Assembly: GCA_963754315.1 (NCBI GenBank)
Contig: CAVWFS010000001.1
Span: 64,001-128,000 of the forward strand
DNA from: an uncultured Candidatus Rokubacteria bacterium
Lineage (GTDB): Bacteria; Methylomirabilota; Methylomirabilia; Rokubacteriales; CSP1-6
DNA length: 64,000 bases
Direction of reading: 5' to 3'
Shown: piece by piece, positions 19,448-28,936 of the stretch
Numbering within the stretch: position 1 is the first letter of the stretch
How the letters are laid out: each line of letters opens with the position of its first letter
Translations under genes and position numbers: made by a program
The notes under the pieces: model-generated
Seen by the model: the letters and a program-made list of their open reading frames with translations, nothing else
Databases searched by the model: none
Told to the model about the DNA's origin: nothing

Positions 19448-19461
19448 CGTCTCTTCACGCT

Positions 19462-19521
19462 GGGTGGGGGGTGGCAGCCTCCCACCTCCATGCCATCCGG
19501 GAGGGGGCAACCCCCCTCCCG
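19462..19521. terminator. Tandem GC-rich hairpins between the convergent micro-ORFs and rpmB (probable terminator/3' stabiliser)
   Basis: Stem 19463-19472/19477-19486 (with G-U pairs) and perfect 10-bp stem CGGGAGGGGG-CAAC-CCCCCTCCCG 19498-19521. No strong U-tract. Confidence 0.55.
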
Positions 19522-19528
19522 TGTGTGC

Positions 19529-19720
19529 TTAAATGACCTTTGTGACCTTTCCGGCCTTCAGACAGCGCGTACACACACGCGCGCGTTGCGGCTTGCCGGC
19601 GACCATGATCCGCATCGACACGAGATTCGGCATCCAGCGCCGCCGCGTGAGCTTGTGGGCGTGGCTGATCGAGTTACCGACAGACGGACCCTTCGCACAG
19701 ACATCGCATCGCTGAGCCAT
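19529..19720 (-). CDS. rpmB: 50S ribosomal protein L28 (Zn-ribbon type)
   Basis: MAQRCDVCAKGPSVGNSISHAHKLTRRRWMPNL...VCTRCLKAGKV; SD AAGGAG. Confidence 0.96.
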   Translation of the reverse strand: MAQRCDVCAKGPSVGNSISHAHKLTRRRWMPNLVSMRIMVAGKPQRARVCTRCLKAGKVTKVI

Positions 19721-19763
19721 GAGTGCTCCTTGAACGTCGAGGACCCCCAGGGGGACGAGTTCG

Positions 19764-21872
19764 TTGTATAGCACAGAGAGAGATGCGAGGCAAACGGAGG
19801 CGGTGGGGCTCCGTACACCGCTGCAGTTCCTGAAGGGGATCGGTCCCCGGCGGGCGGAGTTGCTCGCCCGCAAGGGTCTCCTCACCGTGGAGGATGCCCT
19901 CCTCTTCGCTCCCACCCGCCACGAGGATCGGACCAAGCTGACCCCGCTGCGCGCCCTGCGCCCCGGCGACACGGTTACCTGCGCCGGGGTGATCGCCGGG
20001 ATCAGTCCCCCGCCGCGCCGTTCGCGCCAGCCGCTCAAGGTCATGCTCCGCGACTCGAGCGGTTTCGCCACGGCCGTGTTCTTCGGACCGCGCGCGTACC
20101 TGGCCCGCACCATGAAGCGCGGACAGCGCCTGATCCTACACGGCAAGATCCGGACTTTCGACGGTCAGATCACCATCCAGGAGAAGGACTGGGAGATCGT
20201 CGAACCAGGCGACGACGACCGCATCCACGCGGGACGCCTTGTGCCCATCTATTCCCTGACCGAAGGGCTCGCCCAGCGCCCGTTGCGCGCGCTCATGCAC
20301 GGGCTGGTGGAGAGCTCGGCCGGGCAAGTGGTCGACCCCGTCCCCGAAGCGGTGCGGCACCGTCGCCGGCTCGTCGAGCTCGGCGAAGCGTTGCGCGGCG
20401 CCCACTTTCCGCAGACGGAGGGGGAGCTGACGGTAGCCCGTCGTCGGCTGGCCTTCGACGATTTCCTTTTCTTCCAGCTTGGCCTGGCAATTCTCCGCGC
20501 TCGAGCCACGCGAGCCCGCGGAATTGCCTTTCGGCCGTCGACTCGTCTGGAGGCTCAGCTTCGCGCCTCACTGCCGTTCACCCTGACCGACGCTCAGGAG
20601 CGAGTATGGGACGAGATCCGTCAGGATATGGCCGCTCCGTTTCCCATGCACCGTCTGCTGCAGGGAGACGTCGGTTCCGGCAAGACCATCGTGGCGGCGC
20701 TCGCTGTGCTGACCGCCGTGGAGGCCGGCTACCAGACGGCCGTGATGGCGCCGACCGAGATTCTGGTCGAGCAGCACTTCATGACCTTCCAGCAGCTGCT
20801 GGCGCCGCTGGGAGTGCCCATTGCGCTGCTCACCTCGTCGGTGAAGTCCCGCGAACGTGAGGCGAGACGGGCCGCCGTCGCCGCCGGCGAGGTGGCCTGC
20901 GTGGTTGGCACCCATGCACTCGTCCAGCAAGCAGTCACCTTCCGTCGGCTTGGCCTGGTCGTGGTCGACGAACAGCATCGCTTCGGCGTCGCCCAGCGCG
21001 CACGCCTACGTGCCAAGGGTGAGTCGCCGGACCTCCTGGTCATGACAGCCACGCCCATCCCACGCACGCTTGCCCTCACGCTGTACGGCGACCTTGACCT
21101 CAGTGTGATCGACAAGCTCCCGCCGGGTCGCCAGCCCGTCAAGACGGTGGCGCGGGCGGAAGCCAACCGGAAGGCGATCTATGGCTTTCTGCGGGAGCAG
21201 ATCCGCGCCGGGCGGCAGGTCTACGTGGTCTGCCCGCTCGTCGAGGAGTCAGAGGCCACCGATCTCAAGGCGGCGTCGGACATGGCACGCCATCTCCAAG
21301 GCGAGGTGTTCCCCGATCTCACGGTCGGGCTCATCCACGGGAGGCTCAGCTTCGAGGACAAGGACGTCATGATGCGGCGCTTCAAGGCCGGTGAGATTCA
21401 TCTGCTTGTCTCCACGACCGTCATCGAAGTCGGCATCGACGTCCCCAACGCCTCCGTGATGCTCGTCGAACACGCCGAGCGTTTCGGGCTCTCCCAGCTT
21501 CATCAGCTGCGGGGTCGGGTGGGCCGCGGCCCCTGGAAGTCGTACTGCATCCTTCTCGTTGCGGGGCGCCCCGGTGACGAAGGCCGGCGGCGCCTCGAGG
21601 CGATGACCGCCACCAACGACGGGTTCCGGATCGCCGAGGCGGATCTGGAGTTGCGCGGTCCCGGCGAGTTCTTCGGGACTCGCCAGTCGGGCTTGCCCGA
21701 GTTCCGGGTGGCCGATCTGTTGCGCGATGCCCCCATCCTCGAGGAGGCGCGCCGGGAGGCGATCGCGATCGTCGCCGCCGACTCGGAGCTGTGTGAGCCG
21801 GTGAACCGGGGTCTGCGCGAGGCCCTGCTTGGGCGATGGCGAGGCAAGCTGAGCCTCGCCTCTTCCGGCTGA
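19764..21872 (+). CDS. recG: ATP-dependent DNA helicase RecG (true start may be GTG 19803)
   Basis: LKGIGP, RLLQGDVGSGKT, MAPTEIL, DEQHRFG, MTATPIPRTL, STTVIEVGIDVPNA, QLHQLRGRVGRG, DGFRIAE.DL.LRGPGE. Confidence 0.97.
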   Translation: MYSTERDARQTEAVGLRTPLQFLKGIGPRRAELLARKGLLTVEDALLFAPTRHEDRTKLTPLRALRPGDTVTCAGVIAGISPPPRRSRQPLKVMLRDSSGFATAVFFGPRAYLARTMKRGQRLILHGKIRTFDGQITIQEKDWEIVEPGDDDRIHAGRLVPIYSLTEGLAQRPLRALMHGLVESSAGQVVDPVPEAVRHRRRLVELGEALRGAHFPQTEGELTVARRRLAFDDFLFFQLGLAILRARATRARGIAFRPSTRLEAQLRASLPFTLTDAQERVWDEIRQDMAAPFPMHRLLQGDVGSGKTIVAALAVLTAVEAGYQTAVMAPTEILVEQHFMTFQQLLAPLGVPIALLTSSVKSREREARRAAVAAGEVACVVGTHALVQQAVTFRRLGLVVVDEQHRFGVAQRARLRAKGESPDLLVMTATPIPRTLALTLYGDLDLSVIDKLPPGRQPVKTVARAEANRKAIYGFLREQIRAGRQVYVVCPLVEESEATDLKAASDMARHLQGEVFPDLTVGLIHGRLSFEDKDVMMRRFKAGEIHLLVSTTVIEVGIDVPNASVMLVEHAERFGLSQLHQLRGRVGRGPWKSYCILLVAGRPGDEGRRRLEAMTATNDGFRIAEADLELRGPGEFFGTRQSGLPEFRVADLLRDAPILEEARREAIAIVAADSELCEPVNRGLREALLGRWRGKLSLASSG
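19765..19793 (-). promoter_or_regulatory. Putative rpmB promoter TTGCCT-17-TATACA with TGn extension
   Basis: Motif match by eye on minus strand; -10 lacks the conserved final T. Confidence 0.4.
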
Positions 21873-22000
21873 GCAGGCCGATGAAACGGCGCCATCTGCG
21901 TCGTTGGCTCGTCGGGTGCTCCCTGAGGCGTATGCGGCATACGCCTCAGTCGCACCGCTCCTCGCCGCCTAGCATCTGGCACCGTTTGATCGGCCTGCTC
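21871..22000. repeat. 130-bp palindromic MITE/REP-like element
   Basis: Terminal inverted repeats 21871-21899/21972-22000 (25 of 29 match) and central perfect 13-bp inverted repeat 21923-21949. Confidence 0.6.
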
Positions 22001-22038
22001 CGTTTTCAGCGGCGGCCGCGGTCGGCGGAGGGGCGGCG

Positions 22039-22596
22039 GTGCGGGTGATCGCGGGGGTGCTCAAGGGGCGGCGGCTGGTGACGCCCCGCGGGAGTCTCAC
22101 GCGGCCCACCGCGGATCAGGTACGCATCGCGCTCATGGATACGCTGATGCCCTGGTTGCCTGGCGCGCGGTTTCTCGACCTCTTCGCCGGCGCCGGCGGG
22201 GTGGGTATCGAAGGCCTCTCGAGAGGGGCGATCGAGGCCGTCCTGGTGGATCGAGATCGGCGCGCGACGGCTGCCCTCCGCGAGAACGTGGAAGCGCTGG
22301 GCCTCGGGGCAGTGGCCAGCGTGTTGCAGATGGACGTCCAGCGCGCGTTGGCGCGGCTGGCTGCAGAGGGACAGCGCTTCGACGTTGTGTTCCTGGACCC
22401 GCCGTACGACACGTCGCTCGTTCCCGACACGCTGGCCCAACTGGGCTCCGGTAGGCTGATCCGCCCGGGTGGTGTGGCGGTCGCCCAGCACCTCACGAAG
22501 CGGGCGCCGGTGCTGATGGCGCTGCCCGCGCTCGAGCGCTTCCGGGCGCGGCGTTTCGGGGAGACGACCTTGACTTTCTTTCGGGCCGGAGGGTAG
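22039..22596 (+). CDS. rsmD: 16S rRNA m2G966 methyltransferase
   Basis: MRVIAG..KGRRL, RPT, FLDLFAGAG..GIEGLSRGA, FLDPPY; precedes coaD. Confidence 0.95.
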   Translation: MRVIAGVLKGRRLVTPRGSLTRPTADQVRIALMDTLMPWLPGARFLDLFAGAGGVGIEGLSRGAIEAVLVDRDRRATAALRENVEALGLGAVASVLQMDVQRALARLAAEGQRFDVVFLDPPYDTSLVPDTLAQLGSGRLIRPGGVAVAQHLTKRAPVLMALPALERFRARRFGETTLTFFRAGG

Positions 22597-22604
22597 ATTC
22601 CGCT

Positions 22605-23090
22605 GTGGCCAAGCGGGCGGTCTATCCGGGCATGTTCGACCCTGTCCATAATGGGCACATCGACGTGATCGAGCGGAGCCTCCGCATGTTCAACGAACTG
22701 ATCGTGGCGGTGGTGGCCAACCCGAGCAAGCAACCCCTCTTCTCGGTCAAGGAGCGGCTGGAGATGATCGACGAGGCCCTCCCCACCAGCGCCAACACCC
22801 TGCGCATCATGGCCTTCGATGGGCTTCTCATCGATCTGGTGGCGCGGGAACGCGCGGACTGCATCGTGCGCGGGATTCGGGCGGTGTCGGACTTCGAGTA
22901 CGAGTTCCAGATGGCCCTCATGAACCGCAAACTCTCCAGCGTGGAGACGGTGTTCCTGATGCCCCACGAGAAGTACACCTACATCTCCTCACGCCTCATC
23001 AAGGAGGTCGCCAGCTTCGGGACGTCGGTGGCGGGAATGGTGCCCCCCGGCGTGGAGAAGCGCCTGGTCGAGCGCTTTCCCCTCAAGTGA
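22605..23090 (+). CDS. coaD: Phosphopantetheine adenylyltransferase
   Basis: AVYPGMFDPVHNGH, RGIRAVSDFEYEFQMALMN, YISS. Confidence 0.97.
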   Translation: MAKRAVYPGMFDPVHNGHIDVIERSLRMFNELIVAVVANPSKQPLFSVKERLEMIDEALPTSANTLRIMAFDGLLIDLVARERADCIVRGIRAVSDFEYEFQMALMNRKLSSVETVFLMPHEKYTYISSRLIKEVASFGTSVAGMVPPGVEKRLVERFPLK

Positions 23091-23112
23091 TGACCAAGAA
23101 GGAGCTTAGCCT

Positions 23113-24303
23113 GTGCTCGCGCAACGCCTGAAGACCCTTGCCCCATCCGCCACGCTCGCTGTCCAGGCCAAGGCCAAGGAATTGCGGGCATGCGGCGTCG
23201 ACGTGATTTCGTTCGGGGCGGGGGAGCCCGATTTCGATACGCCGCATCGAATCAAGGAGGCGGCGACCGCGGCCATGCAATCTGGTCACACCAAGTACAC
23301 AGAGGTGGGCGGGGTGCCCGAGTTGCGGTCCGCGGTGTGCGCCAAGTTCAAGCGCGACCAGGGACTCGACTACGAGCCTGCCGATATCATCGTGTCCTGC
23401 GGCGCCAAGCACACGCTGTTCAACCTGATGGTGGCCGTGCTCGACCCCGGAGACGAGGTCATTGTGCCGAGCCCGTTCTGGGTCTCGTATCCCGAGCAGG
23501 TCCGGCTCGTGGGGGGCGTCCCGGTGGTGGTGGAGACGGTGGAGGCCAGCGGGTTCGACCTCGATGGGGAGCGGGTGCGACGGGCGGTAACCCCGCGCAC
23601 GAAGGTCATCATCGTCAACAGTCCCAACAACCCGACCGGCGCGGTATTCTCGCGCTCCGCCCTGGAAGTGGTAGCGCGGATTGCCATCGAGCATGACCTC
23701 CTCCTGGTGTCCGACGAGTGCTACGAGGCACTCACCTTCGAAGGGCACCACCTCTCCGTGGCCTCTCTCGGGCCGGACGTCAAGGCCCGGACCCTTGTGG
23801 TGAACACATGCTCGAAGGCCTATGCCATGACCGGCTGGCGCATCGGCTTCGCTGCCGGGCCACGGGCGCTCATCCGGGCCATGACCGACGTGCAGAGTCA
23901 GGTCACATCGAATCCTTCGTCCATCGCCCAGTACGCCGCCGTCGAAGCCCTGACGGGGCCCCAGGACGATGTGGCAAAGATGGCCGGTGAGTTCGATCAC
24001 CGTCGCCGGGTCATCGTGGCGGGGCTGAACGCGTTGCCCCACGTGAACTGCGCAATGCCCAAGGGCGCCTTCTACGCCTTTGCCAACGTATCCGGCCTGT
24101 TCGGCCGTCGTACGCCGAACGGCCAGATGCTCCGAGGGTCCACCGACGTCACGGCCTTCCTGCTCGAGCACGCCCGGGTGGCGGTGGTGCCTGGGGTCGA
24201 CTTCGGATCGGACGCTCACATTCGACTCTCGTACGCGACGAGCACCGACCTCATCCGCGGCGGGCTCGCTCGGATGGACGTCGCCATTCGCGCGCTCGTC
24301 TGA
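23113..24303 (+). CDS. Class I PLP aminotransferase (aspartate aminotransferase-like)
   Basis: GAGEPDFDTP, NSPNNPTG, SDECY, SKAYAMTGWRIG. Confidence 0.92.
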   Translation: MLAQRLKTLAPSATLAVQAKAKELRACGVDVISFGAGEPDFDTPHRIKEAATAAMQSGHTKYTEVGGVPELRSAVCAKFKRDQGLDYEPADIIVSCGAKHTLFNLMVAVLDPGDEVIVPSPFWVSYPEQVRLVGGVPVVVETVEASGFDLDGERVRRAVTPRTKVIIVNSPNNPTGAVFSRSALEVVARIAIEHDLLLVSDECYEALTFEGHHLSVASLGPDVKARTLVVNTCSKAYAMTGWRIGFAAGPRALIRAMTDVQSQVTSNPSSIAQYAAVEALTGPQDDVAKMAGEFDHRRRVIVAGLNALPHVNCAMPKGAFYAFANVSGLFGRRTPNGQMLRGSTDVTAFLLEHARVAVVPGVDFGSDAHIRLSYATSTDLIRGGLARMDVAIRALV

Positions 24304-24333
24304 TCGGCGTCGTGGGCCAAGGAGAGGGTGCGC

Positions 24334-24777
24334 ATGAAGATCGAAGGCTCGCACGATGTGCCCGCCCCGCGTCAGAAGGTCTGGGAAGCCTTCCTCGATC
24401 CCGAGGTGCTACGCCAGGCGATTCCGGGGTGCGAGAAGCTCGAGGCCATCGGCAACGATGAATACAAAGCCACCATGAAGGTGGGAGTGGGGGCAGTGAA
24501 GGGCACGTTCGAGGGTAAGGTCGGAATCCAGGATAAGCGTCCGCCCGACTCCTACCGGTTGGCGGTCGAGGGGACGGGTGGGCCGGGGTTCGTGCGCGGC
24601 AGTACCCTCATAACCCTCAGCGACATCGCGGAGGGCACCCGGGTCAGTTACGCGGCCGACGTCCAGGTGGGCGGACTGATCGCGGGTGTCGGGCAGCGGA
24701 TGCTGGGGGGCGTCTCCAAGATGATGGCCGACAACTTCTTTGCCAAGATGAGCGAGCTGTTACAGAGAACTGCATGA
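24334..24777 (+). CDS. coxG: CoxG/SRPBCC family protein
   Basis: DPEVLRQAIPGCE, GTFEG, VQVGGLIAGVGQRM. Confidence 0.88.
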   Translation: MKIEGSHDVPAPRQKVWEAFLDPEVLRQAIPGCEKLEAIGNDEYKATMKVGVGAVKGTFEGKVGIQDKRPPDSYRLAVEGTGGPGFVRGSTLITLSDIAEGTRVSYAADVQVGGLIAGVGQRMLGGVSKMMADNFFAKMSELLQRTA

Positions 24778-25649
24778 AGCCAGCCTCCTTCGAGTACGTC
24801 CGCCCGGCGACCCTAGCGGATGCCCTCGAGATCTTGCACCAGCACGGTGACGACGCCAAAGTGCTGGCCGGCGGCCAGAGTCTGGTCCCCATGATGAATT
24901 TCCGGCTCGCCCGCCCCGCCGTGATCGTTGACCTCAACGGCCTCCCGGAGCTTGCGTACATCCGGGTGACTGGCGATGGCGTCGCCCTCGGGTCCATGAC
25001 CCGGCAGCGGCAGATCGAAAAGTCGAGCGTAGTGCGAGACCGCTCATCGTTGCTCGCGGAGGCGACGCCGCTGATCGGCCATCTGCCCATCCGCACGCGG
25101 GGGACGATTGGCGGCAGCCTCGTCCACGCCGATCCCGCCGCCGAGTACCCGGTGGTGATGGTGGCGCTGGAGGCCGAGTTCACGATGGCGCGCAAGGGCG
25201 GGACTCGTCGGGTCGCGGCCGCAGACTTCTTCCAGACGTACCTCAGCACCGCCATCGGGCCCGACGAGATTCTGACCGAAGTGCGCGTGCCTGGACTGCC
25301 GCCCGGCGCGCGGTCGGCCTTTCTGGAGATTTCCCGCCGCCACGGTGATTTCGCCCTCGTGGCCGCCGCCGCCGCCGTTGAGGTTGACGGAAGCGGCCGT
25401 ATCGTGTCGTCCAGGATCGCGCTAGGCGGTGTGGGGCCCACACCCGTCCGGGCGAGGCCCGCAGAAACGATGCTACGCGCACAGCAGCCGACTGCCACGC
25501 TGATCCGTGAGGCAGCCGCGACTGTCGTCGAGCTGACCGATCCTCCAGACGATATCCACGCGTCCGCCGAGTACCGTCGGGAGATGAGCGCAGTCTTCAC
25601 CCGACGCGCGCTGACGGCGGCCCTGGCAAAGCTCGACATCCGGGTCTGA
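24774..25649 (+). CDS. Molybdenum hydroxylase FAD-binding (medium) subunit, CoxM/CutM-like
   Basis: [54 protein letters not shown]. Confidence 0.92.
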   Translation: MKPASFEYVRPATLADALEILHQHGDDAKVLAGGQSLVPMMNFRLARPAVIVDLNGLPELAYIRVTGDGVALGSMTRQRQIEKSSVVRDRSSLLAEATPLIGHLPIRTRGTIGGSLVHADPAAEYPVVMVALEAEFTMARKGGTRRVAAADFFQTYLSTAIGPDEILTEVRVPGLPPGARSAFLEISRRHGDFALVAAAAAVEVDGSGRIVSSRIALGGVGPTPVRARPAETMLRAQQPTATLIREAAATVVELTDPPDDIHASAEYRREMSAVFTRRALTAALAKLDIRV

Positions 25650-26137
25650 TGGCCATGGTCACGGTGTCCCTGACCATCAACGGCGCCGCCTACCGTGGCG
25701 AGGTCGAGCCGCGACTGCTCTTGGCCGACTTCATTCGTGAGGTGTGTCAGCTCACAGGCACGCACGTCGGATGCGAGCATGGTGTGTGCGGGGCGTGCAC
25801 GATTCTCATGAACGGTGAGCCCGTGCGCTCGTGCCTGACCTTCGCCGTCCAAGCCAATGGCGCCGATCTTGCCACCGTGGAGGGGCTCGCCGCCCCCGAC
25901 GGCACCTTGCATCCGCTGCAAGAGGCTTTTCGCGAGCATCATGGGCTTCAATGCGGTTTTTGCACGCCGGGGGTGCTCATGACGGCGATCTACCTGTTGC
26001 GTGAGAACCCGACCCCCACCGAACGGGAGATCCGCGAAGGAATTGCGGGATCGCTCTGCCGTTGCACGGGCTACGAGGGAATCATCCGCGCGATCGCCGC
26101 CGCTGCTCCCGTGCTGGCCGCCGCGCGCCCTTCGTGA
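25649..26137 (+). CDS. Molybdenum hydroxylase 2x[2Fe-2S] (small) subunit, CoxS/CutS-like
   Basis: [28 protein letters not shown]. Confidence 0.94.
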   Translation: MAMVTVSLTINGAAYRGEVEPRLLLADFIREVCQLTGTHVGCEHGVCGACTILMNGEPVRSCLTFAVQANGADLATVEGLAAPDGTLHPLQEAFREHHGLQCGFCTPGVLMTAIYLLRENPTPTEREIREGIAGSLCRCTGYEGIIRAIAAAAPVLAAARPS

Positions 26138-27468
26138 GCGGTCGCGCTCTACGCTATCTCGAGCCACGTTTCGAGCGGGCCTCGCGGGCCGAGATGACTC
26201 GCTGGCAGACGGCCCGGCTGCGTGAACAGACGGCGCACGCCTATCGGAACAGTCCCTTCTATCGCAGCAAGCTTCGCGACGCCGGCGTCAAGCCGTCCGC
26301 GATCCGCAGCCTTGCCGACCTCGCCAGGCTGCCCTTTACCACCAAGGACGAGCTGAAGGAGGACCAGGCGGCGCATCCACCGTGGGGGCACGTCCTCGCC
26401 GTGCCGTTGGCCGAAGTGCTACGCGTGCACCTGACCTCGGCGACCACGGGCCGTCCCCTCGCCTTTCTCGATACCAGAGAAGACTGGCACGGCTTCTATC
26501 ACTCGTATGCGCGCTCACTCTATGCCTACGGCGTGCGCAAGACCGACATGGTCATGGCCGCCTTCTCGTACGGCCCTTGGATCGGCTACTGGAGCGGCTT
26601 CTACGCCGCCCAGGACCTGGGCTGCCTGGTTTTCCCGGTGGGCGGTCTCTCCACGGACCAGCGGATCGACGCGCTCCTCACCTATCCCATCACCGTGCTG
26701 GGCTGCACGCCATCCTACGCCTTGTTCCTGGCCGAGGCGGCGGCCAAGAAGGGAATCGACCTCGCCAAGCAGGCGAAGATCCGCATCACGTGGCACACTG
26801 GCGAGCCAGGGGCATCCATCCCGGCCACCCGGGCCAGGATCGAGGCGGCCTTCGGCGGCCAGGCTTTTGACCTGCCCGGACTCACGGAGATCGCCGCCTG
26901 GGGATTCGAATGCCAGGCGCGCTCGGGCCTGACCCACGTGCACGAGGACTACTGCTATCCCGAGGTCCTCGACGAAGGCGGGCGCGCCGTGGACCCCGGT
27001 GGACGGGGCGAGCTGGTCTTCACGAGCCTCTATCGCAAGGCCATGCCGCTTCTCCGGTATCGGACGCGCGACATTGTCCAGCTTGCTGATCGCCGTTGTC
27101 CCTGTGGGCGGACCCTGGTGGCCTTCGAGGGGGGTGTCCATGCGCGCCTGGACGATATGAAAAAGGTGCGCGGGATCATCGTCTACCCCCGCCGCATCGA
27201 GGAGATCGTGCGACCGCACCGGGACGTGGACGAATTCCAGATCGTTTTCCGTCGCCACCAAGGGCTCGACGAGATCCTGGTACGGGTGGATCCCGCTCCC
27301 GTTCTATCCCTCGCCGAGCGGACCGGCTTGCTCACCCGCATCGGCGAGGATCTTCGTCTTGGCCTCGGGATCCGCGTGAACGTCGAGGCCACCGAGCCCG
27401 GCGCTCTCCCGCGCTGGGACCACAAGGCCCGTCGGGTACGGGACGAGCGCACCGAGGTGCCTTTCTAA
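26134..27468 (+). CDS. Phenylacetate-CoA ligase family (PaaK-like) protein
   Basis: [51 protein letters not shown] overlaps upstream stop. Confidence 0.85.
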   Translation: MSGRALRYLEPRFERASRAEMTRWQTARLREQTAHAYRNSPFYRSKLRDAGVKPSAIRSLADLARLPFTTKDELKEDQAAHPPWGHVLAVPLAEVLRVHLTSATTGRPLAFLDTREDWHGFYHSYARSLYAYGVRKTDMVMAAFSYGPWIGYWSGFYAAQDLGCLVFPVGGLSTDQRIDALLTYPITVLGCTPSYALFLAEAAAKKGIDLAKQAKIRITWHTGEPGASIPATRARIEAAFGGQAFDLPGLTEIAAWGFECQARSGLTHVHEDYCYPEVLDEGGRAVDPGGRGELVFTSLYRKAMPLLRYRTRDIVQLADRRCPCGRTLVAFEGGVHARLDDMKKVRGIIVYPRRIEEIVRPHRDVDEFQIVFRRHQGLDEILVRVDPAPVLSLAERTGLLTRIGEDLRLGLGIRVNVEATEPGALPRWDHKARRVRDERTEVPF

Positions 27469-27486
27469 CTCGGGCAGAGGTTGGGG

Positions 27487-28929
27487 ATGCGACGCGGTAA
27501 AGAGTACAGCGAGGCGCTGCGGGACGGACGTACCGTCTTCCTCGACGGCGAGCGGGTCGCCGATGTGACCACGCATCCTGCCTTCGCTGAGCCCATCCGC
27601 CGCATCGCCGAGCGATACGACGAGGCGCGTGAGACCTCCGCACAGTCGGTGACCACCTGCGTCGATCCGGAGACAGGCCACCGGATCGGGGCGATGTGGC
27701 TCAAGCCCGCCTCGGCGGCCGATCTCGCCATTCGCCGGGCCGTGCACCGCTTCTGGGCGGAGGCGTCCTACGGTCTCATGGGACGCACACCCGACCACGT
27801 GGCATGCGTCATCACCGCCTTCGCCACCGCGCGTGACTTCTTCGCCCAGGGCGGGCCTCAGTTCGGCGACAACGTCGTGCGTTTCCATCGGCGGGCGCAG
27901 GGCGATGATCTCTATCTGTCGTATGCCATCGTGCCGCCACAGATCGACCGGACCACGCCGGCCCACCAACACCCCGAGCCGTTCCTTCACCCCGGGGTAG
28001 TTGCGGAGCGAGACGCCGGGATCGTACTGCGTGGCTGTCAGGCCATCGCGACCTCGGCCGTCATGGCGGACTGGCTGTTCCTCAGCTATATCACCCCGCT
28101 GGTTCGGGGCGACGAGGACTACGCCATCTCGGTCGTGATCCCGTGCGGCGCGCCCGGCCTGCGTCTCTACCCGCGGCGGCCCTTCAGCGAGATGGCGACA
28201 TCTCCCTATGACTATCCGCTATCGTCGCGATTCGACGAGGTCGACACCACCGTTGTCCTCGACGACGTGTTCGTGCCGTGGGAGCAGGTCTTCATCTACC
28301 GGAACGTCGAGCTCGTCAACCGTCAGTTCCACGACACCCCGTCGCATACCCTAGCCAATTTCCAGTCACTCGTCCGCTTTGGTGTGAAGCTCGAGTTCAT
28401 GGCTGGCCTCTCCCTCAAGCTGGCCGAGGTCCAGGGCAGCGACACGAGTCCGGTGGTGCAGGCCCAGCTCGGGGGAGAGTTGGCCGCCTGGTGTGCCAGC
28501 TTCGACGCCCTCGTTTCGGCCGCCGAGCGCCTCCCCCTCGTGCGGGACGGGGTGGCCCGCCCTCATCCCCAGTACATCTACGCGGGCATGAGTCTCCAGC
28601 GCCGTTTCATCGTGGACATGCTCCGTTCCATTCGCGAGCTGGCTGGTGGAGCCTTCCAGGCTGTGCCGTCCTCGGAGCAGGCCTTCCAGAGTACCCATAC
28701 GCGAAGGGACACCGAGCGCTACTACCAGTCGACCACCGCGTCGGCGCGCGAACGAATCAAGCTCCTCAAGCTCATCTGGGATTTCGTGGGCACCGAATTC
28801 GGCGGACGGCAACTTCAGTACGAGATGTTCTACTCGGCGTCCCAGCCGGTGGTGAACGGACGGATGTTCCGGGCGTACGACTGGGCAGCAGCCAAAGCTC
28901 TGGTCGACCGCTGCCTCGGCGAGTACTGA
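27487..28929 (+). CDS. 4-hydroxyphenylacetate 3-hydroxylase family (HpaB-like) flavin monooxygenase
   Basis: LRDGRTVFLDGERV.DVTTHPAF, GRTPD, YPLSSRFDE.D, VFVPWE, EFGGRQLQYEMFY. Confidence 0.9.
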   Translation: MRRGKEYSEALRDGRTVFLDGERVADVTTHPAFAEPIRRIAERYDEARETSAQSVTTCVDPETGHRIGAMWLKPASAADLAIRRAVHRFWAEASYGLMGRTPDHVACVITAFATARDFFAQGGPQFGDNVVRFHRRAQGDDLYLSYAIVPPQIDRTTPAHQHPEPFLHPGVVAERDAGIVLRGCQAIATSAVMADWLFLSYITPLVRGDEDYAISVVIPCGAPGLRLYPRRPFSEMATSPYDYPLSSRFDEVDTTVVLDDVFVPWEQVFIYRNVELVNRQFHDTPSHTLANFQSLVRFGVKLEFMAGLSLKLAEVQGSDTSPVVQAQLGGELAAWCASFDALVSAAERLPLVRDGVARPHPQYIYAGMSLQRRFIVDMLRSIRELAGGAFQAVPSSEQAFQSTHTRRDTERYYQSTTASARERIKLLKLIWDFVGTEFGGRQLQYEMFYSASQPVVNGRMFRAYDWAAAKALVDRCLGEY

Positions 28930-28936
28930 GGCCCCG

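Noticed and set aside
19299..19449. Mini CRISPR array or type III antitoxin RNA repeats
   Set aside because: Only two imperfect units, no cas or ToxN-like gene, and the conserved parts are translation signals.
19529..20146. 205-aa extended L28 from the ORF track
   Set aside because: The extension overlaps recG antisense; the real start is ATG 19720 with its own SD.
21871..22000. 6S RNA, SRP RNA or tRNA
   Set aside because: It is shorter than typical 6S, has no obvious promoter and no cloverleaf or SRP loop motif. It looks like an inverted-repeat element. Not formally excluded without an Rfam scan.
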